IMG/VR virus record: IMGVR_UViG_3300020045_004521
Coordinates: 1 to 33,744 of that record
Length of the DNA: 33,744 nt
Reading direction: 5' to 3' (one strand)
Source of the DNA: a virus
Lineage: Duplodnaviria > Caudoviricetes
Position 1 is the first letter of the stretch. Every line of letters starts with the position of its first letter. Shown piece after piece: positions 9,754 through 17,038 of this stretch. The position numbers and the translations under genes were made by a program. Below the pieces are notes generated by a model. That model saw only the letters and a program-made list of their open reading frames with translations, had not been told where the DNA came from and did not search any database.

Positions 9754-10172
9754 AAAAATCGCTTTTCCTTATATTGGCAGTCTTGATCGTCCCCGTCCAG
9801 GCCCAAAACCTCCGCCGCTACCAAGTCGAAGATATCGCCAACCCCGACAAGGCCGAAGAAAACGAAATCGCCATCAATCAAAACTTTGAGGATCTTTGGC
9901 TTTACAAGGTGGACACTTCCACGGCCTCCAATCCGCAGGCCCCGCAGTTCATAATTAAGGACATAAACGACCCCGAAATGGCGGATTACAATTCAGTCGC
10001 GTTCAACCAGAATATCAACGATCTCTATATTTTCAAATTGTCGGCATCCACGCCATCGCGGCTGATGGATTTAATGGTGGGAGATTTATTGGATCCCGAA
10101 AGGTCGGAATATAATACCTATGCGATCAATAAGGCGTTTGACGATCTTTGGGTGGAGAAGTTAGAAAGGTAA
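9750..10172 (+). CDS. Signal-peptide protein with three tandem ~31-aa repeats
   Basis: MKKSLFLILAVLIVPVQA leader; repeats ending AINQNFEDLWLYK, AFNQNINDLYIFK and AINKAFDDLWVEK; ATGA overlap with the upstream gene. Confidence 0.75.
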   Translation: MKKSLFLILAVLIVPVQAQNLRRYQVEDIANPDKAEENEIAINQNFEDLWLYKVDTSTASNPQAPQFIIKDINDPEMADYNSVAFNQNINDLYIFKLSASTPSRLMDLMVGDLLDPERSEYNTYAINKAFDDLWVEKLER

Positions 10173-10176
10173 TTTT

Positions 10177-10764
10177 ATGACATGTTTAAGTAAATCTCCT
10201 GAGAGAGTAAAAGAATATAACAAAAAATATAGAATAGAACATACTGATTACTTTAAAGAATATCAACATGCGCATAAAGAACATTATAAAAAATATAGAT
10301 TAGAACATAGAGAAAAACATAAAAAATATCTCAAAAAATGGAGTCCTAAATACTATTTAGAACATGTAAAAGCATTTTTAAAAAATCATCCCTATATTGT
10401 AACCTTGAGAAATATTCGTCATAGATGCAATAATAAAAACAATAGATGTTACAAAAATTACGGTGGACGTGGAATTAAGTGTTTTTTAAGTTTACAGGAT
10501 ATAAAATTCTTATGGGAACGAGATCGAGCGCACTTATTAAAAGTACCGTCAATTGACAGAATTAATAACGATGGTAACTATGAAATTGCAAATTGCAGAT
10601 TTATAGAAATGAATGATAATCTAATGTTAAGACATGGGAAGATTAGAACATGCAAACTATGCGGAGAAAAAACATCTAGCAAGTTTAATATTTGTTCTAA
10701 AAAACATAAAAAAGAATATGGTGATATAATGCGTTTTAAAAATAAGGAATCATTTATTTTTTAA
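10177..10764 (+). CDS. HNH-type (His-Me finger) homing endonuclease-like protein
   Basis: YKNYGGRGIKC and SIDRINNDGNYEIANCRF are typical of phage HNH endonucleases. Basic N-terminal repeats; markedly AT-rich relative to flanking genes. Confidence 0.8.
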   Translation: MTCLSKSPERVKEYNKKYRIEHTDYFKEYQHAHKEHYKKYRLEHREKHKKYLKKWSPKYYLEHVKAFLKNHPYIVTLRNIRHRCNNKNNRCYKNYGGRGIKCFLSLQDIKFLWERDRAHLLKVPSIDRINNDGNYEIANCRFIEMNDNLMLRHGKIRTCKLCGEKTSSKFNICSKKHKKEYGDIMRFKNKESFIF

Positions 10765-10971
10765 TAATGTTGTCTCTAATACTTTTTAATAAATTATCCA
10801 CCTCTTTTTTCTCTGAAACAGGCAAATTGCAAAGAATAATGTAAATCTTTTTGAGGGTGCTGTCGATTTTTTCCAATCGGTAGACAATGTAAACCAAATA
10901 AAATGCGACAAGAAAAAACCACATAATTTATTTTATGACATCGACGGTAAAAATGCAAATAAAAAAAGATT

Positions 10972-11010
10972 AAAATAAGTGTTGACTTATTTTTTTATTC
11001 ATTGTATATT
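10972..11010 (+). promoter_or_regulatory. Sigma70-type early promoter with overlapping palindromic operator
   Basis: TTGACT (10982-10987), 17-nt spacer, TATATT (11005-11010), upstream A-tracts. Perfect 9-bp inverted repeat AAAATAAGT-gttg-ACTTATTTT (10972-10993) covers the -35. Confidence 0.75.
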
Positions 11011-11065
11011 TTTAGTGGATTAAACCAATATGAAAAATACACGGGCTAGCGTGACTAAAAGAAGT

Positions 11066-11098
11066 GCCGAGCGAAATTATAAATCGCTTGGCTTTTTT
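11066..11098 (+). terminator. Intrinsic terminator in the early leader
   Basis: GCCGAGCGA / TCGCTTGGC stem followed by TTTTTT. Confidence 0.75.
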
Positions 11099-11103
11099 AT
11101 TGC

Positions 11104-11146
11104 GCCTCCTGTCCGTAGTCTCCTAGCCGAGAATGCGGCAGGAGGC
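11104..11146 (+). ncRNA. Candidate antisense/immunity hairpin RNA (P4 CI / P1 C4-like organisation)
   Basis: Bulged stem GCCTCCTG..CAGGAGGC with loop CTAGCC, complementary to GGCTAG (11044-11049) in the same leader. Confidence 0.45.
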
Positions 11147-11211
11147 CGTTTTATTTTTACTCTGCATGACCTCAAGGTATTTATTGATTTTAACAAAGTG
11201 GAGGTGCCTCA

Positions 11212-11376
11212 ATAATAGACGCGCGCGCAAAGTTCAAAGCAAGTCTCAAATTCTTAAACGAAGAGTTCGGAGACGAAACGCCGGAGACGTTTAAAAACAT
11301 GGTGCATCTTATGGCCGCTTGCATTATTGCCGAAGCGATCCGCAATTCGATTGACTGCGAGGAGGTTTCCCGATGA
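11212..11376 (+). CDS. Small hypothetical protein with apparent ATA start
   Basis: GGAGGT at 11200-11205, ATA at 11212, in-frame stop at 11191. 54 codons; ATGA-coupled to the next ORF. Confidence 0.5.
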   Translation: MIDARAKFKASLKFLNEEFGDETPETFKNMVHLMAACIIAEAIRNSIDCEEVSR

Positions 11377-11549
11377 ATGATCCGCAAATACTTTTCATCC
11401 TCCAGAGAAAATACATGCTCAAGTCAGCCGGCGTGCGCCGGTCGCAATGGCGCCGGCTACTGGGTAACGATTTCATCATGCGAAAGGCCGGGAATGCCGA
11501 GCAGTTCATCGCGACTTGGAAATATCTTTGCGACAAGGGGTTAATATGA
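11373..11549 (+). CDS. Hypothetical protein (58 aa)
   Basis: GGAGG RBS, ATGA overlaps at both ends; MNDPQILFILQRKYMLK... Confidence 0.65.
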   Translation: MNDPQILFILQRKYMLKSAGVRRSQWRRLLGNDFIMRKAGNAEQFIATWKYLCDKGLI

Positions 11550-11671
11550 CAATAAAAACACTCGTAAAAGTCTTTGTTTTAGTCGGACTGGTGGCGTTCT
11601 ACTCTTATCGCATTGTCGACGGATTTAAACAGATCGACCGGAGGGCTTATGCGTATGCAAACCACAATTGA
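11546..11671 (+). CDS. Small single-TM peptide (41 aa)
   Basis: MTIKTLVKVFVLVGLVAFYSYR...; translationally coupled. Confidence 0.55.
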   Translation: MTIKTLVKVFVLVGLVAFYSYRIVDGFKQIDRRAYAYANHN

Positions 11672-11816
11672 GCACATCAAATGTCCGAATTGCGGTAACT
11701 TTCCGGAAGCGCGCCGGGCGTGCAAAACTTGTGAAAAAAAAGGAATGGTTGAAGTGAGATTGCCGGTGTCTGAAATGGCAGTTTGGGGTTTTATTAATAA
11801 GGGAGAGAGAAAATGA
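11649..11816 (+). CDS. Small Zn-finger protein
   Basis: CPNC..CKTC; GGAGG upstream of ATG 11649. Confidence 0.6.
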   Translation: MRMQTTIEHIKCPNCGNFPEARRACKTCEKKGMVEVRLPVSEMAVWGFINKGERK

Positions 11817-12010
11817 TTAAAAAAATGAGCACAAATTACATTTTATTAAATGAGGATTCTAATGAATACATAGAAGCCACGATTTATGAGCATGAAATTA
11901 CAATAATTCCTAGGAAAAGTGGTGAAAAATTCACATTCATAAAAAGCAATCCTGAGAGAGTTAAGCGGATAGCTAACCTGATTTTGGAAGCGTCGGAGAT
12001 TAAGTTTTAA
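11813..12010 (+). CDS. Hypothetical protein
   Basis: 65-aa ORF with purine-rich RBS and ATGA overlap. Confidence 0.6.
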   Translation: MIKKMSTNYILLNEDSNEYIEATIYEHEITIIPRKSGEKFTFIKSNPERVKRIANLILEASEIKF

Positions 12011-12030
12011 ATAAAAGGGGGATGATTAAA

Positions 12031-12162
12031 ATGAGTAAAGAAAAAACAAAAAACTGCGAAGGTTGCGGAGTAGAAAACAAACCATTGACTTATGCGGCCG
12101 CGTATGACTTGTGGGTATGTAAAAAATGCGAGCAGGACGAAGAGCACATGACTCTGGTCTGA
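12031..12162 (+). CDS. Small Zn-finger protein (43 aa)
   Basis: MSKEKTKNCEGC..VCKKCE; G-rich RBS. Confidence 0.6.
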   Translation: MSKEKTKNCEGCGVENKPLTYAAAYDLWVCKKCEQDEEHMTLV

Positions 12163-12190
12163 TTTAAAAAAATAAGGGAGGGATGAAACC

Positions 12191-13135
12191 ATGGCAAGAA
12201 ACTTATTCGCAGAAACAGAAATGATAGTCAAAAATTCTCATGACGACCGCAAACATTATATAGGAGCCAGCGACGCGGCGGCGGTCGTCGGCATGTCACG
12301 CTGGAAAACTCCGCTTCAAATCTGGGCGGAAAAGACCGGCCAGGTGGAACCGGAGGACATCTCTGGCCGGCTGGCCGTTAAACTCGGTAACCGCCTTGAA
12401 GAAGTGGTGGCCGAACTGTTCACAGCGGAGACAGGAAAGAAGGTTCACCGTGTGTCGGAACCGTTTGTCCACAAACTTTATCCGTTTATCGTTTGCCACA
12501 TCGACCGCAAAGTGGACGGAGAAAGCGCCATCCTGCAATGCAAGACGGTTAGCGCGTGGAAAGCAAAAGAATGGGATGAAGAAGAGATCCCGCACGAATA
12601 CATAATCCAGGAGATCCACGAACTGGCCTGCACAGGGTACGACCGCGCCTATATCGCCGTCCTTATAGGAAATCAAGATTTTAAATGGAAGGTAATCGAG
12701 CGCGACAATTTCGTTATCAATGACCTCATAAACCGTGAGGTTAAATTCTGGACTGATTTCGTGTCCAAAAAAGTTATGCCGGAGACGATAACGAAGGATG
12801 ATTCCGGCGTGCTTTTCGAGCTGTTTCCGCATTCTAAGCCCGGGGCCATCATCCAGATCGGAGACAAGGCGGATATCCTTGTCGATTCTATTAAGTCGAT
12901 GCAACAGGACTACAACAACCTTGAAGGCCTGATAGACCAGCAGAAAAACGAACTGCGGGCGCTCATAGGGGAAGCGGAGGCCGGCGAGGGGATCAAATGG
13001 ATTGTCACTAACAAAACTCAAAGCGCGGCGCGGATCAACACGGAACTGTTAAAGAAGGAACAACCGGGGATTTACCAGTCGTATTCTAAAAACATCGAAA
13101 GCCGCGTCATGAGATTCAAAGAGAAGGAAAAATAA
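12191..13135 (+). CDS. yqaJ: YqaJ-like viral recombinase exonuclease
   Basis: IGASDAAAVVGMSRWKTPLQIWAEKTG, GNRLE, HIDR and L(Q)CKT motifs; directly upstream of recT. Confidence 0.92.
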   Translation: MARNLFAETEMIVKNSHDDRKHYIGASDAAAVVGMSRWKTPLQIWAEKTGQVEPEDISGRLAVKLGNRLEEVVAELFTAETGKKVHRVSEPFVHKLYPFIVCHIDRKVDGESAILQCKTVSAWKAKEWDEEEIPHEYIIQEIHELACTGYDRAYIAVLIGNQDFKWKVIERDNFVINDLINREVKFWTDFVSKKVMPETITKDDSGVLFELFPHSKPGAIIQIGDKADILVDSIKSMQQDYNNLEGLIDQQKNELRALIGEAEAGEGIKWIVTNKTQSAARINTELLKKEQPGIYQSYSKNIESRVMRFKEKEK

Positions 13136-13151
13136 AAGGGAGGGATGAACA

Positions 13152-14027
13152 ATGTCAAAAATGAACGATGTAAAAAACGCACTTCAAACGGCACCGCAGA
13201 CAACACCGGCCCGGGTGCCAACGTCAATTGAGGCAGTCTTGAAGATGCCTAATATTAAACAGAAATTCGAAGAAATGCTCGGGAAGAAGGCGAACGCCTT
13301 CATGTCTTCGATCATTTCCGCCGTCCACGCTAACAATTCGCTAAAAATGTGCGATCCCATGAGCGTGGTTTCCAGCGCGGCGGTGGCGGCCTCTTTGGAT
13401 TTACCTATTAATCCATCGCTTGGATTCGCGCACATCGTACCCTACAAATCGGATGGCATATCAAAGGCGCAATTCCAGATGGGCTGGAAAGGGTTTGTAC
13501 AGCTCGCCATGCGATCCGGCCAATATGAGCGGATGAACTGTTCGGAGGTCTACGAGGATGAACTGGATTTTTACAACCCGATAACTGGAGATTTCAAACT
13601 CAAAGAGATATCCGACTGGAAACAGCGGGCCGGGAGTCAGCGGGATAAGATCGTCGGATATGTGGCCTATTTCCGCTTGTTGAACGGTTTTTTCATGTAC
13701 CTTTACATGACAAAAGGGCAGGTGGAAGCCCACGGCCGCGAGTTTTCAAAATCATTTTCCAGCGAATACGGGAACTGGAAAAAGCGCTTTGACTCGATGG
13801 CGAAAAAGACCGTGATCAAACTCCTGCTCAGCAAGTTCGGGATCATGTCAATCGAGATGCAAAAGGCAGTTCAGGTTGACCAGGCAATTGTTAAGGCCGA
13901 TGGCGAACTGGAATATGTCGACAATGCTAACGCGATCGACACGGAGTCGCTTTCCGATGCGCCGTTGGAGTTGGAAAAAGTCAATGCGGATGGGACTGTT
14001 ACGGATGCGGAAGGTACGACGTTCTAA
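13152..14027 (+). CDS. recT: RecT family ssDNA-annealing recombinase
   Basis: AASLDLPINPSLGFAHIVPY, AQFQMGWKGFVQLAMRSGQY and FDSMAKKTVIKLLL. Confidence 0.95.
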   Translation: MSKMNDVKNALQTAPQTTPARVPTSIEAVLKMPNIKQKFEEMLGKKANAFMSSIISAVHANNSLKMCDPMSVVSSAAVAASLDLPINPSLGFAHIVPYKSDGISKAQFQMGWKGFVQLAMRSGQYERMNCSEVYEDELDFYNPITGDFKLKEISDWKQRAGSQRDKIVGYVAYFRLLNGFFMYLYMTKGQVEAHGREFSKSFSSEYGNWKKRFDSMAKKTVIKLLLSKFGIMSIEMQKAVQVDQAIVKADGELEYVDNANAIDTESLSDAPLELEKVNADGTVTDAEGTTF

Positions 14028-14033
14028 CACTAT

Positions 14034-14114
14034 CGGCGGCGCCGGATCATCCCCCGGCGTCCGCCGCAGATTAAAAGTCGGCTAGAGTGCTTAGAATAAT
14101 GTCTCCTCTAGCCG
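14034..14114 (+). promoter_or_regulatory. Tandem intergenic hairpins with anti-RBS-like sequences
   Basis: 12-bp GC stem at 14034-14066 with loop ATCATCCC; 9-bp stem CGGCTAGAG/CTCTAGCCG at 14079-14114. Confidence 0.55.
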
Positions 14115-14157
14115 CACAATTTGCAGTAACCGCCGGAAATTAAAGGAGAAATAAAAT

Positions 14158-14370
14158 ATGCCTACCGCATTAGATGCACCTACACCGTACGCAAATACAT
14201 TAAATTACAACCAACATGAGATTAAAATATTGCAAGTTCTGAATGGGTTTATTGTGCAAATTGGATGCAAAACAGTTGTTTTTGAAAGCAAAGAAAAAAT
14301 GCTCTCGGAGTTGGCAAGATACTTGAACGATAGAGACGGAGTCGCGAAAGAATATTTAGCTAAGGAGTAA
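14158..14370 (+). CDS. Hypothetical phage protein
   Basis: AAGGAG RBS; EIKILQVLNGFIVQIGCKTVVFES beta-rich small protein. Confidence 0.75.
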   Translation: MPTALDAPTPYANTLNYNQHEIKILQVLNGFIVQIGCKTVVFESKEKMLSELARYLNDRDGVAKEYLAKE

Positions 14371-14400
14371 GACCCGGGGCACCCGCGCCCCAGAATTTTT

Positions 14401-14607
14401 ATGGTGTCAAAAATATATTTCACATCAGACGATAAAAAACCTTACAGAAAGTGCAATTATTGCGAGTTGTTTATTTTCAATAGGAATCAAAATCATGACA
14501 AAGGAAAGTGTATTTATTGTCTAAGATCAGAAAGAATAGAGGCTAGGGCCGCAAGTAAAATGACTGCATTTAGAAATGATCCGATTAAGTTTGAACAGGG
14601 ATGGTAA
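14401..14607 (+). CDS. Small Zn-finger protein
   Basis: CNYC..CIYC. Confidence 0.55.
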   Translation: MVSKIYFTSDDKKPYRKCNYCELFIFNRNQNHDKGKCIYCLRSERIEARAASKMTAFRNDPIKFEQGW

Positions 14608-14813
14608 AAAATGACCCCCAAAAAGCAAACTCTATGATAAAAAATTTCTATATCAACATTGACTGTAAATTCAATACTGAAACAAATCAAAGACTATATT
14701 ACATTGAAACAAACATAAAAGATGAGATCAAAAAAATAATGTTTGAATCAATTTTTAAAGATGTTTTGAACGGAGAATATATTTACAAAGCAACGGAAAA
14801 TGAGGATTTATGA
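14601..14813 (+). CDS. Hypothetical protein
   Basis: 70-aa ORF overlapping both neighbours. Confidence 0.5.
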   Translation: MVKNDPQKANSMIKNFYINIDCKFNTETNQRLYYIETNIKDEIKKIMFESIFKDVLNGEYIYKATENEDL

Positions 14814-14968
14814 AAACCAAAAAGCAAACCTATTACTATTACGTTGATCCTGATTGGAAAAATAAGAATTTAGATTGTTTAAACTTATGTAATTACGAGG
14901 AAACTAATCTTTACGGTCGCAAATTTGTGCGGGTGAAAATTACGGTTCAAGAGGAGGTATCAAAATGA
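14810..14968 (+). CDS. Hypothetical protein (52 aa)
   Basis: MKTKKQTYYYYVDPDW..FVRVKITVQEE; ATGA overlaps at both ends. Confidence 0.6.
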   Translation: MKTKKQTYYYYVDPDWKNKNLDCLNLCNYEETNLYGRKFVRVKITVQEEVSK

Positions 14969-15186
14969 ACAATGACAGCGCGTTTCCGAGAGATGCAGAG
15001 ATACATTATACAGATCATGTCGACTGTATCCATCAGTCAGGATTAACAAAGTTAGAATACGCCGCGATAAAAATATTCTGCGCAATGATTAATTCATATC
15101 CAATTGAAAAATATGAACTTTTAAGAAAAGAATCTATCGACCAGGCCAAATTACTTTTGAAGGAATTGGAGGATGAGAGCAAATGA
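14965..15186 (+). CDS. Hypothetical phage protein (AFP...GLTKLEYAA type)
   Basis: SAFP..GLTKLEYAAIK..A..LL.EL pattern common in small phage early proteins; GGAGG RBS. Confidence 0.75.
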   Translation: MNNDSAFPRDAEIHYTDHVDCIHQSGLTKLEYAAIKIFCAMINSYPIEKYELLRKESIDQAKLLLKELEDESK

Positions 15187-15361
15187 ATCAAAAAATTGAA
15201 ATCAAATTGCAAATATTAATTACACAACGTGAGGGGATGATTGCTGAAAATCAAAACAGAATTCATAAAGGTCAATCTATTGCTTACACAGATGATCATT
15301 TTAGGCGTATTGAATACGAAATGGTTAATCTTCAATATGAACTTAAGGAATTGGAGGATGA
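15160..15361 (+). repeat. 17-bp direct repeat flanking a small ORF
   Basis: AAGGAATTGGAGGATGA at 15160-15176 and 15345-15361. Confidence 0.85.
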
Positions 15362-15380
15362 ATCCAATGTCAAATCCTAG
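15183..15380 (+). CDS. Hypothetical phage protein
   Basis: EGMIAENQNR..GQSIAY..DHF; GGAGG RBS. Confidence 0.7.
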   Translation: MNQKIEIKLQILITQREGMIAENQNRIHKGQSIAYTDDHFRRIEYEMVNLQYELKELEDESNVKS

Positions 15381-15579
15381 ATACCCGAATGGTGTATTGG
15401 AAAGAGACATTGATAATTTTGGAGAACCACTCTGCCCGGAAGGAATTGTTGAACTGGACGCAAACCTAAAATTCATACGGGAACTTATGGAAGATAGGGG
15501 AATATGGGATGCTGAATATTACAAACTTAAGAAAGAAGAGGCGGAAATATTGGAGAGGTTGGAGGAGTTGAGAGCATGA
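15367..15579 (+). CDS. Hypothetical protein
   Basis: Start placed at ATG 15367 behind GGAGG (15353-15357), within the supplied ORF 15241..15579. Confidence 0.6.
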   Translation: MSNPRYPNGVLERDIDNFGEPLCPEGIVELDANLKFIRELMEDRGIWDAEYYKLKKEEAEILERLEELRA

Positions 15580-15737
15580 AAAAATCGTTTGTGCGGTATA
15601 GTTATATAGGTGTAAATAGCATTTGGAAATATTTATTTGATTATTTTTTAGTTGATGCAATTAATGAAGAATGTGTAAAAGTCCGCATAACCTACGACGA
15701 GAAAAAACAAATTATTACAATAAAGAGGATTAAGTGA
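15576..15737 (+). CDS. Hypothetical protein (53 aa)
   Basis: MKKSFVRYSY..CVKVRITYDE; ATGA overlap. Confidence 0.55.
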   Translation: MKKSFVRYSYIGVNSIWKYLFDYFLVDAINEECVKVRITYDEKKQIITIKRIK

Positions 15738-15826
15738 AAATAATGTTAGCTGGTATTGTTATAGGTTTAGTTTGGATTGCGTTACTTTTGGACGATATTA
15801 ACGATTCAATTAAGAAATTGAAATAA
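15734..15826 (+). CDS. Small single-TM peptide
   Basis: GTG start, MKIMLAGIVIGLVWIALLLDD..; GTGA overlap. Confidence 0.45.
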   Translation: MKIMLAGIVIGLVWIALLLDDINDSIKKLK

Positions 15827-15860
15827 CATTTAGACGGCAAATTTGAGGAGTGAAAATGAA

Positions 15861-16031
15861 ATGATTTGCATATGTTCTCATCACGAAGATGATCACAGTC
15901 AAATAACTGGCAAGTGTCAAAGGTTAAATGGGAAAAAAACTAAAAGTGGATTTAGTTTGTGGGCATGCAAATGTAAAAGATTTGTTATTGCAGCCGCTAA
16001 CTTTACCGGGAAAGGAGAGGGGAATGAGTGA
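15861..16031 (+). CDS. Small Cys/His-rich metal-binding protein
   Basis: CICSHHEDDH..C..CKC; GAGGAG RBS. Confidence 0.6.
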   Translation: MICICSHHEDDHSQITGKCQRLNGKKTKSGFSLWACKCKRFVIAAANFTGKGEGNE

Positions 16032-16248
16032 ACTATATTGTTTGTCATGCAACAACGGCCCTGACGGCATATGGTTTTGTAAATGTGAATACAAAAAACT
16101 CCGCGAAGAAAATAAAAGATTTCGGGATGCACTTGAACTAATTTCTAATCAAGAAAAATGTTTGTGTGTTGAGATTGCGGAGAAGGTTTTAAGAGGTGAT
16201 ATTGGACAGTTAAGGAATTTTCAACGGGGGATAAATGGCTTGGATTGA
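16024..16248 (+). CDS. Small Cys-rich/coiled-coil protein
   Basis: CLSC..CKC then LREENKRFRDALE; start at ATG 16024 behind GGAGAGGG. Confidence 0.6.
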   Translation: MSELYCLSCNNGPDGIWFCKCEYKKLREENKRFRDALELISNQEKCLCVEIAEKVLRGDIGQLRNFQRGINGLD

Positions 16249-17038
16249 ATCGCACACGGTTTTAATGCGGCATAGGAAAGTAATAGAAATGGCAAAAGAA
16301 CTTCGTATCAGGCGATCTTATGTGATTGGACACTTGCACGCGCTCTGGCACGCCACCCTGGAACAGGCCGAAGACGGCGATTTATCACAATGGAGTGATG
16401 AATTGATAGCCGAACTCGCAGACTACAATGGTGACGCTCCGCAATTCGTACAGCTGTTACAAAAGCATGGATTCCTTGATGGAAAACTTATCCATGACTG
16501 GACTGAGTATGCCGGTAGGTATCTCGACTCAAAATACAGGACTAGCAACCCTAAAAAACTGAGAGATATTTACAAGAAACACGGAGGACAAACTAAAGCC
16601 AAAAAGAAGTCAGACTTTAGTCAGTCTAAAGTCTCCCCACCTAACCTACCTAACCTAGATAACCTACCTAACCTAAAGAGAAGCGAAAAATTAAAATTTG
16701 GAAAACTTCAAAACTGCTACCTAACAGCTGAAGAATTCCAAAAGCTAAAAGAGAAGTTTGGAGGCCATGATAACGCTATGGTTAAGATTGAGCGCCTAAG
16801 TTTGTATGTGGCAAGCAAAGGTGATAAGTACAAAAGCCATTACGCAACGATATTGGCGTGGGATCTAAAGGATCGGCCCGAACAAAAGTTCAAGGAGTTT
16901 GTGCCAAAGCCGGTTGAATCATTCGACACTCGCCAGCGCTGTTACACTTGCCATGTAGTATTGGTGAATGATAAGTGCCCAGCATGCGGCGCCGACTTTT
17001 CACCAATTCCAATGGAGGTTAAACTACAAAAAGTATGA
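16235..17038 (+). CDS. Phage replication initiator / replisome organizer
   Basis: N-terminal MAWIESH..GHLHALW..DGDL..IHDW; C-terminal LTAEEFQKLKEKFG..IERLSLY..KYKSHYATILAW; internal iteron-like DNA repeats. Confidence 0.8.
   Translation: MAWIESHTVLMRHRKVIEMAKELRIRRSYVIGHLHALWHATLEQAEDGDLSQWSDELIAELADYNGDAPQFVQLLQKHGFLDGKLIHDWTEYAGRYLDSKYRTSNPKKLRDIYKKHGGQTKAKKKSDFSQSKVSPPNLPNLDNLPNLKRSEKLKFGKLQNCYLTAEEFQKLKEKFGGHDNAMVKIERLSLYVASKGDKYKSHYATILAWDLKDRPEQKFKEFVPKPVESFDTRQRCYTCHVVLVNDKCPACGADFSPIPMEVKLQKV
16612..16675. repeat. Probable replication origin repeats inside the initiator gene
   Basis: Inverted repeat AGACTTTAG-tcagt-CTAAAGTCT (16612-16634), then 4 tandem 9-mers CCTAACCTA (third GATAACCTA) at 16640-16675. 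Confidence 0.7.

Noticed and set aside
10177-10764. HNH gene as part of a group I intron
   Set aside because: It lies between complete genes and does not interrupt a reading frame; no intron core is evident.
10765-10970. Integrase, attP or lysogeny module at the late/early boundary
   Set aside because: Only AT-rich non-coding DNA is present and no recombinase or repressor ORF is seen. Lifestyle cannot be settled because the genome is incomplete.
11030-11215. 61-aa ORF in the early leader
   Set aside because: It runs through a terminator and a long hairpin (GFFIA is the translated T-tract) and lacks a clear RBS. A leader peptide cannot be excluded.
12296-13021. 241-aa minus-strand ORF and the other minus-strand ORFs in the track
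   Set aside because: They are antisense shadows of well-supported + strand genes, with no recognisable motifs.
16640-16675. Tandem 9-mers as a CRISPR array or telomere-like repeat
   Set aside because: No spacers, too short, and in frame within the initiator gene; an origin is the better explanation.
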